From contig OY969695.1 in NCBI GenBank assembly GCA_963701965.1, forward strand, positions 2,880,001-2,944,000: a stretch of DNA of 64,000 bases. Reading direction: 5' to 3'. The notes below the pieces were generated by a model that saw only the letters and a program-made list of their open reading frames with translations, ran no database searches and was not told the DNA's origin. Each line of letters starts with the position of its first letter. The first letter of the stretch is position 1. A program made the position numbers and the translations under genes. This DNA is from an uncultured Gemmatimonadales bacterium (lineage in GTDB: Bacteria > Gemmatimonadota > Gemmatimonadetes > Gemmatimonadales > Gemmatimonadaceae). Positions 9,657 to 18,469 of this stretch are shown here, in pieces.

Positions 9657-10340
9657 TGATGCGCCGTGGCGCGAGAAGACCGCCACAATTCGGCGCAGGC
9701 GCACTCGCACGATTCAGGGACGCATGACCGGACCGTCGCATCGGCCAACGTGATGCTGGCTAAAAAAGTCAACTAAGGCCAACCGTCGCAAACTGCTGTT
9801 CGGGCGACGCCAATTTTGACGCCGCTAGTATTGCATCCTCCGCGGCCCTCGTGCTGCGTCACAAGTCGCACCGTTCGAATCAAAAACGTCGCAAACGCTG
9901 TAGGCGCGCGGGAATCTACTCTGACAATAGGAGTGGCTTGGAAGGCGGTATCATTGGAAAAGAGAACGGAGCAGTTGCGTCACGTCTTGCAAGGCCGGCG
10001 ACGAAAATGACTTGTGTGCGCCTGCCGCGCGTAGAGACGTGTCGTCGGGAATTCCTTTCTCCAGTGACTTGAAGCCGCGAAGCTAGTCTCCGCCCTGGCG
10101 GTACAAACGAAGTCATACGCTACGGGGGGCAATTAGTCGCTTCTTCGCATCGCTCCAAGGCCAGGCGGCGAAGTCAATCTCCGGGGACATTGCGAGCGGC
10201 TAACGATTGTCGCCCTGATTGTTCCATCATGCGACCGAGGTACACCTTCTGAATCGTCTCGGTCCCATCTTGGCGGTCGATGCACGCGCGTTCTCGGCAC
10301 ACTCCGTACACCCTGCCACACTCGCCCACAACGGACCGTA

Positions 10341-13300
10341 ATGCCAAACGCCGGCCTACGCCTAACACTCGGCGTCCTTTTTGTCACGTTCCTATCTGAC
10401 GCGACAGCGCAACCAGCGAACCAAGTCGTCCAAACGTCCTTCCTCGGGGAAACATCCGTCACCGGTGCCGGAGGAACGCTAGATCGACTGATCGATTTGG
10501 ACCTAAGAGCGGTATCCAGACGCGAGGCACTGTTGCGTATCGGAACCGCGGGCGGCGTGACGATCGGAATCAGGGTGCCTTCCGATCGTAATCTGACCGA
10601 GCCTGTTTCTCTCTACGCTCGATCCCTCACGGTCCGTGCGGCTCTCAACGCAATTCTCAAGGGGACAGGTCTTGGCGCCGAGCTGATCGGCGTCCGCGAC
10701 ATCATCATATCGGCAGATTCGGGGCGCGTTCTCACAGATCCAGACGCGTTCGGCATGATTCGTGGCAGTGTACGAGACCGCCGTACCAACGAGCAATTAG
10801 CTGGTGTCGTTGTGCGCATACGAGGGACATCGAGTCACGCGACCTCCGGTCTAGATGGGCGGTATCAGATTGGCCGCGTCATTGGGGGCGATTTGCGCGT
10901 CGAGGCCCGGCGGCTCGGTTATGCACCCGCGACGATTGCCATATCTCTGCACCCTGGCGACACTGCCACGGTGGATTTTCTTCTCAGTCCCTCCGCATAT
11001 CAACTCGACCAAGTAGTCACCACGATCACCGGTGATGCGCCGCTCTTGCAGCTCGGCAATTCCATAGGAACCATTCGCGCTGATAGCGTCGCTGCGACTC
11101 AGCCTGTCACCGATTTGTCCGACATCATCAATGCTCGCGTTCCGGGGGTGCAGGTCATTCTGAACGGTGGGCTGACGGGCGCATCGCCACAAATCAACAT
11201 TCGTGGACAAAACAGTGCGCAGCTCTCGAATCAGCCTCTGTTGTACATCGACGGCGCGCGCGTTGACAACAGCGTCAGCAACGGAGTTGGCAGCGGTCGG
11301 TCGAACGACATCAGTCCCGATGAAATTGAGTCCATTGAGATCGTCAAGGGTCCATCCGCCGCGACTCTGTACGGGACAGACGCTGCAAACGGCGTCATCG
11401 TCGTGCGGACCAAGCGAGGTGCTTCGGGGCGCCGTCTCTGGAGCGCTTACGCGGAATCGGGAACGATCACCCTCGACCGTGACCGTTTTCCAGAGAGCTA
11501 CTATCCCTGGGGAACGACCGTTGGCGGCGCACCCGCTGTCGGTCAATGCACGTTGCAGACCGGTGTCGCCACGGGTGCGTGTACCATCGATAGCGTAACG
11601 CGCTACTCACCGCTGAGGAATCTGGCCACGACGCCAATTGGCACTGGCCAAAGGCAAGCATATGGGTTGCAGCTTAGCGGCGGCGGATCGGACATGCGGT
11701 ACTTTCTTTCCGGTGCGTTCGACGACGAGACGGGTTATCTTAAGCTCCCGACCTCCGATCGGGACGCGTTTGCGGCGGAGCGCGGCGCGGACGGCTTTAG
11801 TCAAGACGACCTGCATCCCAACGGCTTGCAGCGTGCGAGCGCGCGAGAGAATGTCACCGCATCGCTGGGTCGCGATGCCGATCTTACGCTCTCTTCAAGC
11901 TTTTTAACGCAGAATTCCCGAATCCCGAATTCGCAGGTCATTGAGTTCGGTGTTTTCGGTCCTGGGTATCAAGACAGCACGGGCGGTTGGGCTCTGGGGC
12001 TGCGCCCCGCGTATTACATGCTGTCTCGAAACGATGAATCTGTCGATCATTTTACGGGTAGCGCGACGTCGAACTGGCGTCCTGCCTCCTGGCTTACCAC
12101 TCGAGCGACGGCAGGACTCGACTTCTCACTCGACTACTTGAATCAGCTCACTCGCGCCGGCGAGGGACTGCCAGGAGCGACCCAGGGTTCGCGCAACAGT
12201 TCGAAGACATCCAATACGCTTAACAGCATCGATCTCGGTGCGACGGCGTCGTTTGACTTAGCGCAATCCTTCACGTCCCGAACGTCCGTCGGTGCTCAGT
12301 ACAATCGTTCGACCTTACTGGTAACCGGCGCCGGAGCAACAAGTCTCTTACCGGGGGGAGTCGACGTATTTAGCGGAAGTACGCAATCCGCTGCCGAAGA
12401 GACGGTTGAAACCGTCGTTGCCGGTGCCTATGTCGAGCAGACGTTCGCCCTCAACGAACGACTATTCGTCACGGGGGCGGTGCGTGCCGACGGCTCTGGG
12501 AGCTTCGGGTCGGATTTTCAAACGGCGTACTATCCCAAGGGGAGTCTGTCCTGGCTGATCTCGCGTGAGTCGTTCTGGCCCGCAATTCCAGGCCTCAGTA
12601 ATCTGCGATTGCGCGCGGCGTACGGTGAAGCCGGAATCCAGCCTAGCCCGACAGCACGCCTTGCGAGAGAAGGGTACGTACAATCAATCACTGACGGCTC
12701 GCAGCAAGTTGGTGCGATTCTAACCAATGGTGCCAACCCGAATCTGAAGCCAGAGTTTCAACGCGAGTTCGAAGGCGGCTTTGATGCTGGATTCCTTGGT
12801 GGTCGAATTAATGTTGAACTCACGTACTATCAGAAGCACAGCACAGACGCGCTGAGTACTGTGCCACTGGGTCCGTCTATTGGGGGCCCATTTGGGTTCG
12901 AGACAATCAACGTGGGTTCTGTTAATAATCTGGGCTATGAAGCGCTGGTCAATGTCGTCGTTTTAAAATCACGCGACCTGGCCTTAGATCTTACAGCCAA
13001 CGGCTCGATCAATCACAACAAGCTTGTCCGTCTTGAATCGGGAGTCGTTGCTGGACTACCCGCCACGGGTGCGGCCACCAATGTTGCCGGGTATCCTGTT
13101 TCCTCGCTCTTTGACTACCCTATCACCCGCTTTTCCGACGCGAACCACAATGGGATCATCGACCCGTCTGAGATCACGCTCGGATCGTCACCTGTGTTTA
13201 TGGGTCAGACCTATCCCAAGACGCAGTTGACGGTGGGAGGCACGGTCGGTCTCCTGAATAACCACGTTCGCCTGAACGCCCAGCTCGACTATCGCGGTGG

Positions 13301-13688
13301 GTTCGTCATTCTCAATCAAGCCGCCGAATTCGGCTGTCTTCTAGGCTTCTGTAGAGCTACCAGTGTCGTAGGGAGCGATCTCCGCGACCAAGCGGCGGCG
13401 AGCGCCATTTTCACGGGACCCGGGAGTGCCGTTGGATACTATCAAGACGGCTCTTTCACGCGGTTGCGCGAAGTGTCGGTGACCTTCTCCATTCCCGACG
13501 GCATCGCGCGGCGACTACGTACCCGCACGCTTAGCGTGACGCTCGCTGGGCGAAACCTGGCACTGTGGACCAAGTACACGGGTCCCGACCCCGAGGTCAG
13601 CACCGCGGTCGGCGATCACTCATTTAATGATCAAGGGGCCGTACCGCCTGGGACGTACTGGATCGCTCGCGTCAACCTTGGTCTGTAG
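10341..13688 (+). CDS. SusC/RagA-family TonB-dependent receptor with N-terminal STN-like signalling domain
   Basis: Signal peptide, STN-like segment (VSLYARSLTVRAALNAILKGTGL), carboxypeptidase-regulatory-like domain, SusC plug signature DISPDEIESIEIVKGPSAATLYGTDAANGVIVVRTKRG, NPNLKPE and C-terminal ARVNLGL. Confidence 0.95.
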   Translation: MPNAGLRLTLGVLFVTFLSDATAQPANQVVQTSFLGETSVTGAGGTLDRLIDLDLRAVSRREALLRIGTAGGVTIGIRVPSDRNLTEPVSLYARSLTVRAALNAILKGTGLGAELIGVRDIIISADSGRVLTDPDAFGMIRGSVRDRRTNEQLAGVVVRIRGTSSHATSGLDGRYQIGRVIGGDLRVEARRLGYAPATIAISLHPGDTATVDFLLSPSAYQLDQVVTTITGDAPLLQLGNSIGTIRADSVAATQPVTDLSDIINARVPGVQVILNGGLTGASPQINIRGQNSAQLSNQPLLYIDGARVDNSVSNGVGSGRSNDISPDEIESIEIVKGPSAATLYGTDAANGVIVVRTKRGASGRRLWSAYAESGTITLDRDRFPESYYPWGTTVGGAPAVGQCTLQTGVATGACTIDSVTRYSPLRNLATTPIGTGQRQAYGLQLSGGGSDMRYFLSGAFDDETGYLKLPTSDRDAFAAERGADGFSQDDLHPNGLQRASARENVTASLGRDADLTLSSSFLTQNSRIPNSQVIEFGVFGPGYQDSTGGWALGLRPAYYMLSRNDESVDHFTGSATSNWRPASWLTTRATAGLDFSLDYLNQLTRAGEGLPGATQGSRNSSKTSNTLNSIDLGATASFDLAQSFTSRTSVGAQYNRSTLLVTGAGATSLLPGGVDVFSGSTQSAAEETVETVVAGAYVEQTFALNERLFVTGAVRADGSGSFGSDFQTAYYPKGSLSWLISRESFWPAIPGLSNLRLRAAYGEAGIQPSPTARLAREGYVQSITDGSQQVGAILTNGANPNLKPEFQREFEGGFDAGFLGGRINVELTYYQKHSTDALSTVPLGPSIGGPFGFETINVGSVNNLGYEALVNVVVLKSRDLALDLTANGSINHNKLVRLESGVVAGLPATGAATNVAGYPVSSLFDYPITRFSDANHNGIIDPSEITLGSSPVFMGQTYPKTQLTVGGTVGLLNNHVRLNAQLDYRGGFVILNQAAEFGCLLGFCRATSVVGSDLRDQAAASAIFTGPGSAVGYYQDGSFTRLREVSVTFSIPDGIARRLRTRTLSVTLAGRNLALWTKYTGPDPEVSTAVGDHSFNDQGAVPPGTYWIARVNLGL

Positions 13689-13825
13689 AGCAATTGCCGC
13701 GGTGCGTGCTCAACGCTCCGCGTTGCTCGTTACCAACGAATCCCGTCGCAATGGGCGAGTGACCCCCAATCATGTGGTGGCACTCTTCACACAGTGGAAC
13801 CATCTCCTCTAACGGATATCGCGGC

Positions 13826-15121
13826 ATGATCGCACACTTTTGGATTCGCGTAAGCAGGTCACGCGGACGTGCCTCGGCGGCGCTAATGGTCATAGCCATC
13901 TTGGCCGGCTGCGACATAACTCACGTGGCATCGCCAAATGTGGTTACTCCGAGTCAATTTCAAAACGACACGGGTGCGCTCACGCTGCGTGCGGGAGCAA
14001 TTGCCGCCTTTGCTCAGGCATACAGCGACCAGATCGTAATGGCCGGCCTATTGTCGGATGAACTCACCGATCTCACAGGCAGTTTTAAGGCGGATCAGAG
14101 AATAATCGCGACCAACGGGAGCTTGGGGTCGAACTATCCTTATGATGAACTGAGTGGCGCGCGAATCAACGCGCTTTTGGCAATTCATGCGTTGGAACTG
14201 TATAGTCCATCTTCACGTCCTCAGATAGCCGAACTATTTGCGTATCTTGGGAATGTTGAGGTGTTCTTCGCCGAGAACATGTGCTCTGGGGTTCCTCTCG
14301 GAGTACTCGTTGCTGGCAATCCGAGCTATGGAAAGACCTTGTCGCGCCAGCAGTTGCTACAGCGAGCACTGGCTGATCTCGACTCTGCCTCACACTTCTC
14401 GGCCGCAAACGATTCCATAGCTAATCTTGCTCGGATTGCCCGCGCTCGTGCCTTGCTCGACTCGAACCTCGATCTTGCCAGTCGAGCCGCTCAAGTTGCG
14501 GATTCGGTGGGTGAGGGATTCGCTTACAGTACATCGTACGGCAATATCCCGAATCAACAGAACACGGTGTTTGGGGCGTTGAACTTGCGGGGTGTCGCAT
14601 CACTATCCGACCGCGAAGGTATCAATGGTCTGGATTTCATTAGCGCAAACGACCCAAGAGTGCCGCGCGACAGCCTTGGACCTGGAAGGTTTGGGATACT
14701 CAGCGATTCCAGTGTAAGCGCGCCGATCAAGCTCGCGAGTTGGATCGAGGCTCGACTCATTCGGGCTGAGGCCGATCTTCACGCTGGCAATGCGTCGGCT
14801 TGGCTAGCAGATCTCAATGCCTTGCGTGGCGACTCTGCCACCACTGGAGTTCCCGGTCTAATGCCGCTGGCAGATCCCGGCTCCAGCAATGCGCGCATAG
14901 ACCTCATGTTCCGTGAGCGTGCATTCTGGCTGTTCGGGTCCGGCCACCGACAGGGTGACTTACGACGCCTCGTCAGGCAATACAAGAGGCAAACGGAATC
15001 CGTGTTTCCTACGGGGCAATATCGGAATGGACCACAGCGGTACGGTACGGACGTCGTATTTGTACCGTTCGGCGAATCGAATAATCCAAACTTCGCGGGA
15101 TGCTTCGATCGTCTTCCGTAG
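13826..15121 (+). CDS. SusD/RagB-family surface lipoprotein
   Basis: Lipobox ILAGC and SusD C-terminal motifs EARLIRAEA and RERAFWLFGSGHRQGDLRR; directly after SusC. Start 13826 preferred over 13772. Confidence 0.9.
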   Translation: MIAHFWIRVSRSRGRASAALMVIAILAGCDITHVASPNVVTPSQFQNDTGALTLRAGAIAAFAQAYSDQIVMAGLLSDELTDLTGSFKADQRIIATNGSLGSNYPYDELSGARINALLAIHALELYSPSSRPQIAELFAYLGNVEVFFAENMCSGVPLGVLVAGNPSYGKTLSRQQLLQRALADLDSASHFSAANDSIANLARIARARALLDSNLDLASRAAQVADSVGEGFAYSTSYGNIPNQQNTVFGALNLRGVASLSDREGINGLDFISANDPRVPRDSLGPGRFGILSDSSVSAPIKLASWIEARLIRAEADLHAGNASAWLADLNALRGDSATTGVPGLMPLADPGSSNARIDLMFRERAFWLFGSGHRQGDLRRLVRQYKRQTESVFPTGQYRNGPQRYGTDVVFVPFGESNNPNFAGCFDRLP

Positions 15122-15133
15122 AACCCCCATCAA

Positions 15134-17752
15134 ATGCGCTGCAAAGTGTTTGGGTCCTATCTGATATTGGCGGGCTGCTCAATGCAAGCATTGGGCGCGC
15201 AGTCGTCGCTTGGTACCAGCCATCCAACAACCATAGAGGATCTTCTCGTACAAGAGCAGGTCAGCCAAATCGCTCCTTCTCCGGACGGGCGCTGGATTGC
15301 CGTAGTTGTGGACCGAGCGAGGACAGCGAGCGAGTTCTACAGGTCATATAGCAATGACGTGCATGAACGGGGTGACGTGTGGCTGTTCGCTGTTAACGAC
15401 ACGGCCGGCCGCAATCTGACACATGGAGCCGCTCGAGGTGCTGGCTATTGGAGTCCCGTGTGGTCAGCCAGCGGTGATCGAATAGCAATGCTGTCCACCG
15501 AAGGGCGAGACAATGTTCGACTGTTGGTCTGGAGACTGTCCGACAATAGTCTCTCGCGTCTAAGTGATCGCGGTGTGGACCTTAATGCAGATTTCGGAGA
15601 GGGCGGCGGCATACCTCGCCGTTTCCAGTGGTTGGGTGACACAGCAATAGCTTTTGTCGCACTCCCCCCGGGTGAGGCGCCGATCACCTATGGCTACCTC
15701 ACGCAAATGCAGCGCGCCGCTACAACAATGTGGCCAATGGCGGAGCGAGGCGAATTGCCGACGCGCCGTGTATTCAATGTCGGCCCAGGCGCACCACCTC
15801 CTCCAGTGCCTTCGGCCCAATTGTTCGTGGTAGGTGTCTCCAATTCACGACTACGCTCTACTGGAACGTTCCCAGTGGTTGGCCTGGAACAACATCAGAT
15901 TGCCATGTCGCCCACGGGCCGCGCTGTAGCGGTCATTACACAGACTGCGTCCTATACACCAGACCGCTACCCCGTCACAGACAGTCGTGGCTTGGGCACA
16001 TGGCGACTTGGTGTTGCCCGATTGGATTCGTCCGAAGCAATACACTGGAGTTCAATCAATGTCCGGAAGCGCTCCTTCGATACACGGCAAATACGGCCAC
16101 GATGGTCAAGTGATGAGCGGTCCGTTGCGGCTATTGGCTACTCAAACGAAGCCGACAGCGCATCCGGTGTGGCGTATCTCATCTCTGCTTCGACTGGTAA
16201 AGCCGCGCGGCTCACGCCGGATAGTGAGGACGTCTCCGATCTAAGGTGGTCACCCGCTGGCTTCCTCGCTTACGCTGGAGTGCGAGCTCGCGGTTCGTTC
16301 GGGATGAGGATGCCGTCAGGCGCCGATTCATTGGTTGTCCCGACGCGTCGAGACTGGCTGCTAGTTCGCTCCGACAATGCGCGACCGACAAACATTACGT
16401 GGACGTTCGCGAACGTGTCACGCGACCTGCTGGTGTCTCGTGTCGGTGCGCAAGTGTACTTAGCTTCTGCTGGCGCGCTCTGGGCTATTGATCTCAACAC
16501 CGCCCACGCTCGTCGACTGACAGATACGTCAGTGTTCATGGCACAATCCATCCTGTGGCCTGACCCGACGACCGAGCGTGCGGGTTCAATACGCGAAGTC
16601 GTTGCGAGTACTCATTCGCGACTCCGGGTCGACGATCCAAGGCTGGTGTCGACTTTCACACGTGCGTCGGCGCCCGATGGCGTATGGTGTGTTGACGTGT
16701 CAGTCGGCCTGAACTCTGGCGCGGATCGTCCCGTGCTCATGCCGACGTCGGATGCAATCTTTCGCGATTTCATTCCCGCGAACCGTACTGCCGTCGTGAC
16801 CGCCGACCGTTGGGCCGGACAGCAAACTGTTTGGATTTCCGACATTTACCGAGCGCGCGTTGACACCGTGTTGTCCCTCAATCGCGAAGCGAACGCCCTA
16901 ATCGGGGCGCGCCGGATGTCGATCACCTATCTAGGCGCGGATGGCGATAGCTTGGGCGGCACGATTACGCTGCCCGTAAATTATGTCGCCGGCAGACGTT
17001 ACCCCCTCGTCGTAGACGTCTATGGCGGTACGTCTGCTGGTTCTGCCGATACGGTGGCGGAGTCGCCGAATCTCCTGGCAGCTCACGGATATGCGGTGCT
17101 CACTCCAAGTATGCCCTTGTCACATGCCGGCGAAATGTCCGACCCGTATATCGACATGCCTAAAGGCGTCATCGGCGCCGTCGACAAGGCAATCGCTATA
17201 GGGGTAGCTGACCCGGCGCGACTAGCACTCTTTGGTCACAGCTACGGCGGCTACAGCGTAATGTCGATACTGGCCTATACGCATCGCTTCCAAACGGCCA
17301 TTTCCTATGCGGGATTTGCCGATCTACTAAGTCTCTACGGCACACTCTCAGCCCCGTACCGTTATACATCTCAGGCTGCAGACGCGACGTTATTTCCGTG
17401 GTATTTGACTGAGGGAGGGGGAGCTCGCATGGGAGCTCCACCATGGTCCGACATGTGGCGCTATTGGCGCAATAGTCCCATCAGCTATCTGGACCGAATT
17501 CGCACGCCACTGCTCCTCATACATGGCGATGTCGATCCTAACGTACCGGTTGGACAAGCTGAGGAAGTTTTTAGCGGTTTGTACCGGCTCGGTGGAAGGG
17601 TGCGTTTCATTCAGTATAGCGGCGAAGGTCACGGTATAAATTCGCCTGCGAATATGCGCGACTTTTGGCACGAGGTCTTTGGCTGGCTCGACTCATTCCT
17701 GCTACCGAAAGCCACGTTGCAAGGCAAGGATTCGCACTTGGGCACGTCGTGA
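15134..17752 (+). CDS. S9 prolyl-oligopeptidase-family serine hydrolase (candidate lasso isopeptidase)
   Basis: Signal peptide, propeller-like repeats (SPDGRWIA, PVWSASGDRIA) and an intact triad: GHSYGG, HGDVDPNVP, GEGHG. Confidence 0.9.
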   Translation: MRCKVFGSYLILAGCSMQALGAQSSLGTSHPTTIEDLLVQEQVSQIAPSPDGRWIAVVVDRARTASEFYRSYSNDVHERGDVWLFAVNDTAGRNLTHGAARGAGYWSPVWSASGDRIAMLSTEGRDNVRLLVWRLSDNSLSRLSDRGVDLNADFGEGGGIPRRFQWLGDTAIAFVALPPGEAPITYGYLTQMQRAATTMWPMAERGELPTRRVFNVGPGAPPPPVPSAQLFVVGVSNSRLRSTGTFPVVGLEQHQIAMSPTGRAVAVITQTASYTPDRYPVTDSRGLGTWRLGVARLDSSEAIHWSSINVRKRSFDTRQIRPRWSSDERSVAAIGYSNEADSASGVAYLISASTGKAARLTPDSEDVSDLRWSPAGFLAYAGVRARGSFGMRMPSGADSLVVPTRRDWLLVRSDNARPTNITWTFANVSRDLLVSRVGAQVYLASAGALWAIDLNTAHARRLTDTSVFMAQSILWPDPTTERAGSIREVVASTHSRLRVDDPRLVSTFTRASAPDGVWCVDVSVGLNSGADRPVLMPTSDAIFRDFIPANRTAVVTADRWAGQQTVWISDIYRARVDTVLSLNREANALIGARRMSITYLGADGDSLGGTITLPVNYVAGRRYPLVVDVYGGTSAGSADTVAESPNLLAAHGYAVLTPSMPLSHAGEMSDPYIDMPKGVIGAVDKAIAIGVADPARLALFGHSYGGYSVMSILAYTHRFQTAISYAGFADLLSLYGTLSAPYRYTSQAADATLFPWYLTEGGGARMGAPPWSDMWRYWRNSPISYLDRIRTPLLLIHGDVDPNVPVGQAEEVFSGLYRLGGRVRFIQYSGEGHGINSPANMRDFWHEVFGWLDSFLLPKATLQGKDSHLGTS

Positions 17753-17880
17753 GTTCCAATGCCCCCGACGCAGGCCGTCTCTTGTCTCTGCTTACAACGC
17801 GGCGGCCGCGAGCTCAGATGACGAGAAGACTTGCTCACGCAACGCTACTGCGGCCAGTTGCTAGTTGCGCTTGGGAGAGC

Positions 17881-18063
17881 TTACGATCCCACTGTCGTGT
17901 CAGGCGCTTCCACGTCGTCTTCGAACGTCATGCCCGGCGGATTATCGACATAAACCCGAGCTGTAAGGCTACCTACCTCATGGCTCATCGAGAAAGGCCC
18001 ACCGAGCGTTCGCTTGCATGCAGATCCGTGGTCGGTAATGTGAGGTGCCACGTAGGCTCGCAA
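17881..18063 (-). CDS. Lasso peptide precursor A2 (60 aa)
   Basis: TTG start inferred by alignment to A1. Leader MRAYVAPHITDHGSACKRTL has YxxP and Thr(-2). Core GGPFSMSHEVGSLTARVYVDNPPGMTFEDDVEAPDTTVGS has Gly1/Glu9. Confidence 0.85.
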   Translation of the reverse strand: MRAYVAPHITDHGSACKRTLGGPFSMSHEVGSLTARVYVDNPPGMTFEDDVEAPDTTVGS

Positions 18064-18155
18064 AACCCTCTGTTCTTGGTTTAGTCCTCGCCGATCGACT
18101 GTTTGCTTCACGCGTCCGATTCTCCCAGGGGTATATAAGGTCAGTTCGGGCAATG

Positions 18156-18219
18156 CGTGATCGCCGACTGCAGTAGTGGGATCTGGCCAAGGTTTGTTCA
18201 CCTGCAATCGGCGATCACG
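18156..18219 (-). terminator. Stem-loop between the two precursor genes
   Basis: 18-bp arms CGTGATCGCCGACTGCAG (18156-18173) and CTGCAATCGGCGATCACG (18202-18219). The single mismatch is a G:U pair on the minus-strand transcript. No U-tract. Confidence 0.55.
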
Positions 18220-18245
18220 TCCGCGCTAGCTTAGGTTCTGCGAGA

Positions 18246-18428
18246 TTACGATCCCACGGTCGTATCAGCCGCCTGAACGCCGTTCTCGAGCGTCATGCCC
18301 GGCGGGCTGTCAACATCGGCATGTCCCGTCAGGCTACCGGTTTCATGCGTCTGGCTAGCCAGGGATCCGAAAGTCTTGGCGACCACGCTGCCATGGTCGG
18401 TAAACCGGGGAGAATTGTACGCCTTCAT
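18246..18428 (-). CDS. Lasso peptide precursor A1 (60 aa)
   Basis: GGAGGT RBS. Leader MKAYNSPRFTDHGSVVAKTF has YxxP and Thr(-2). Core GSLASQTHETGSLTGHADVDSPPGMTLENGVQAADTTVGS has Gly1/Glu9. Confidence 0.92.
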   Translation of the reverse strand: MKAYNSPRFTDHGSVVAKTFGSLASQTHETGSLTGHADVDSPPGMTLENGVQAADTTVGS

Positions 18429-18469
18429 GTTACACCTCCGTGCCGAAAATTGTGATTTGCCGTCCACTA

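Noticed and set aside
18246..18340. A second lasso ring starting at the internal GSLT
   Set aside because: It has no leader of its own, and the acceptor at position 8 (Asp18 in A1) is Tyr in A2.
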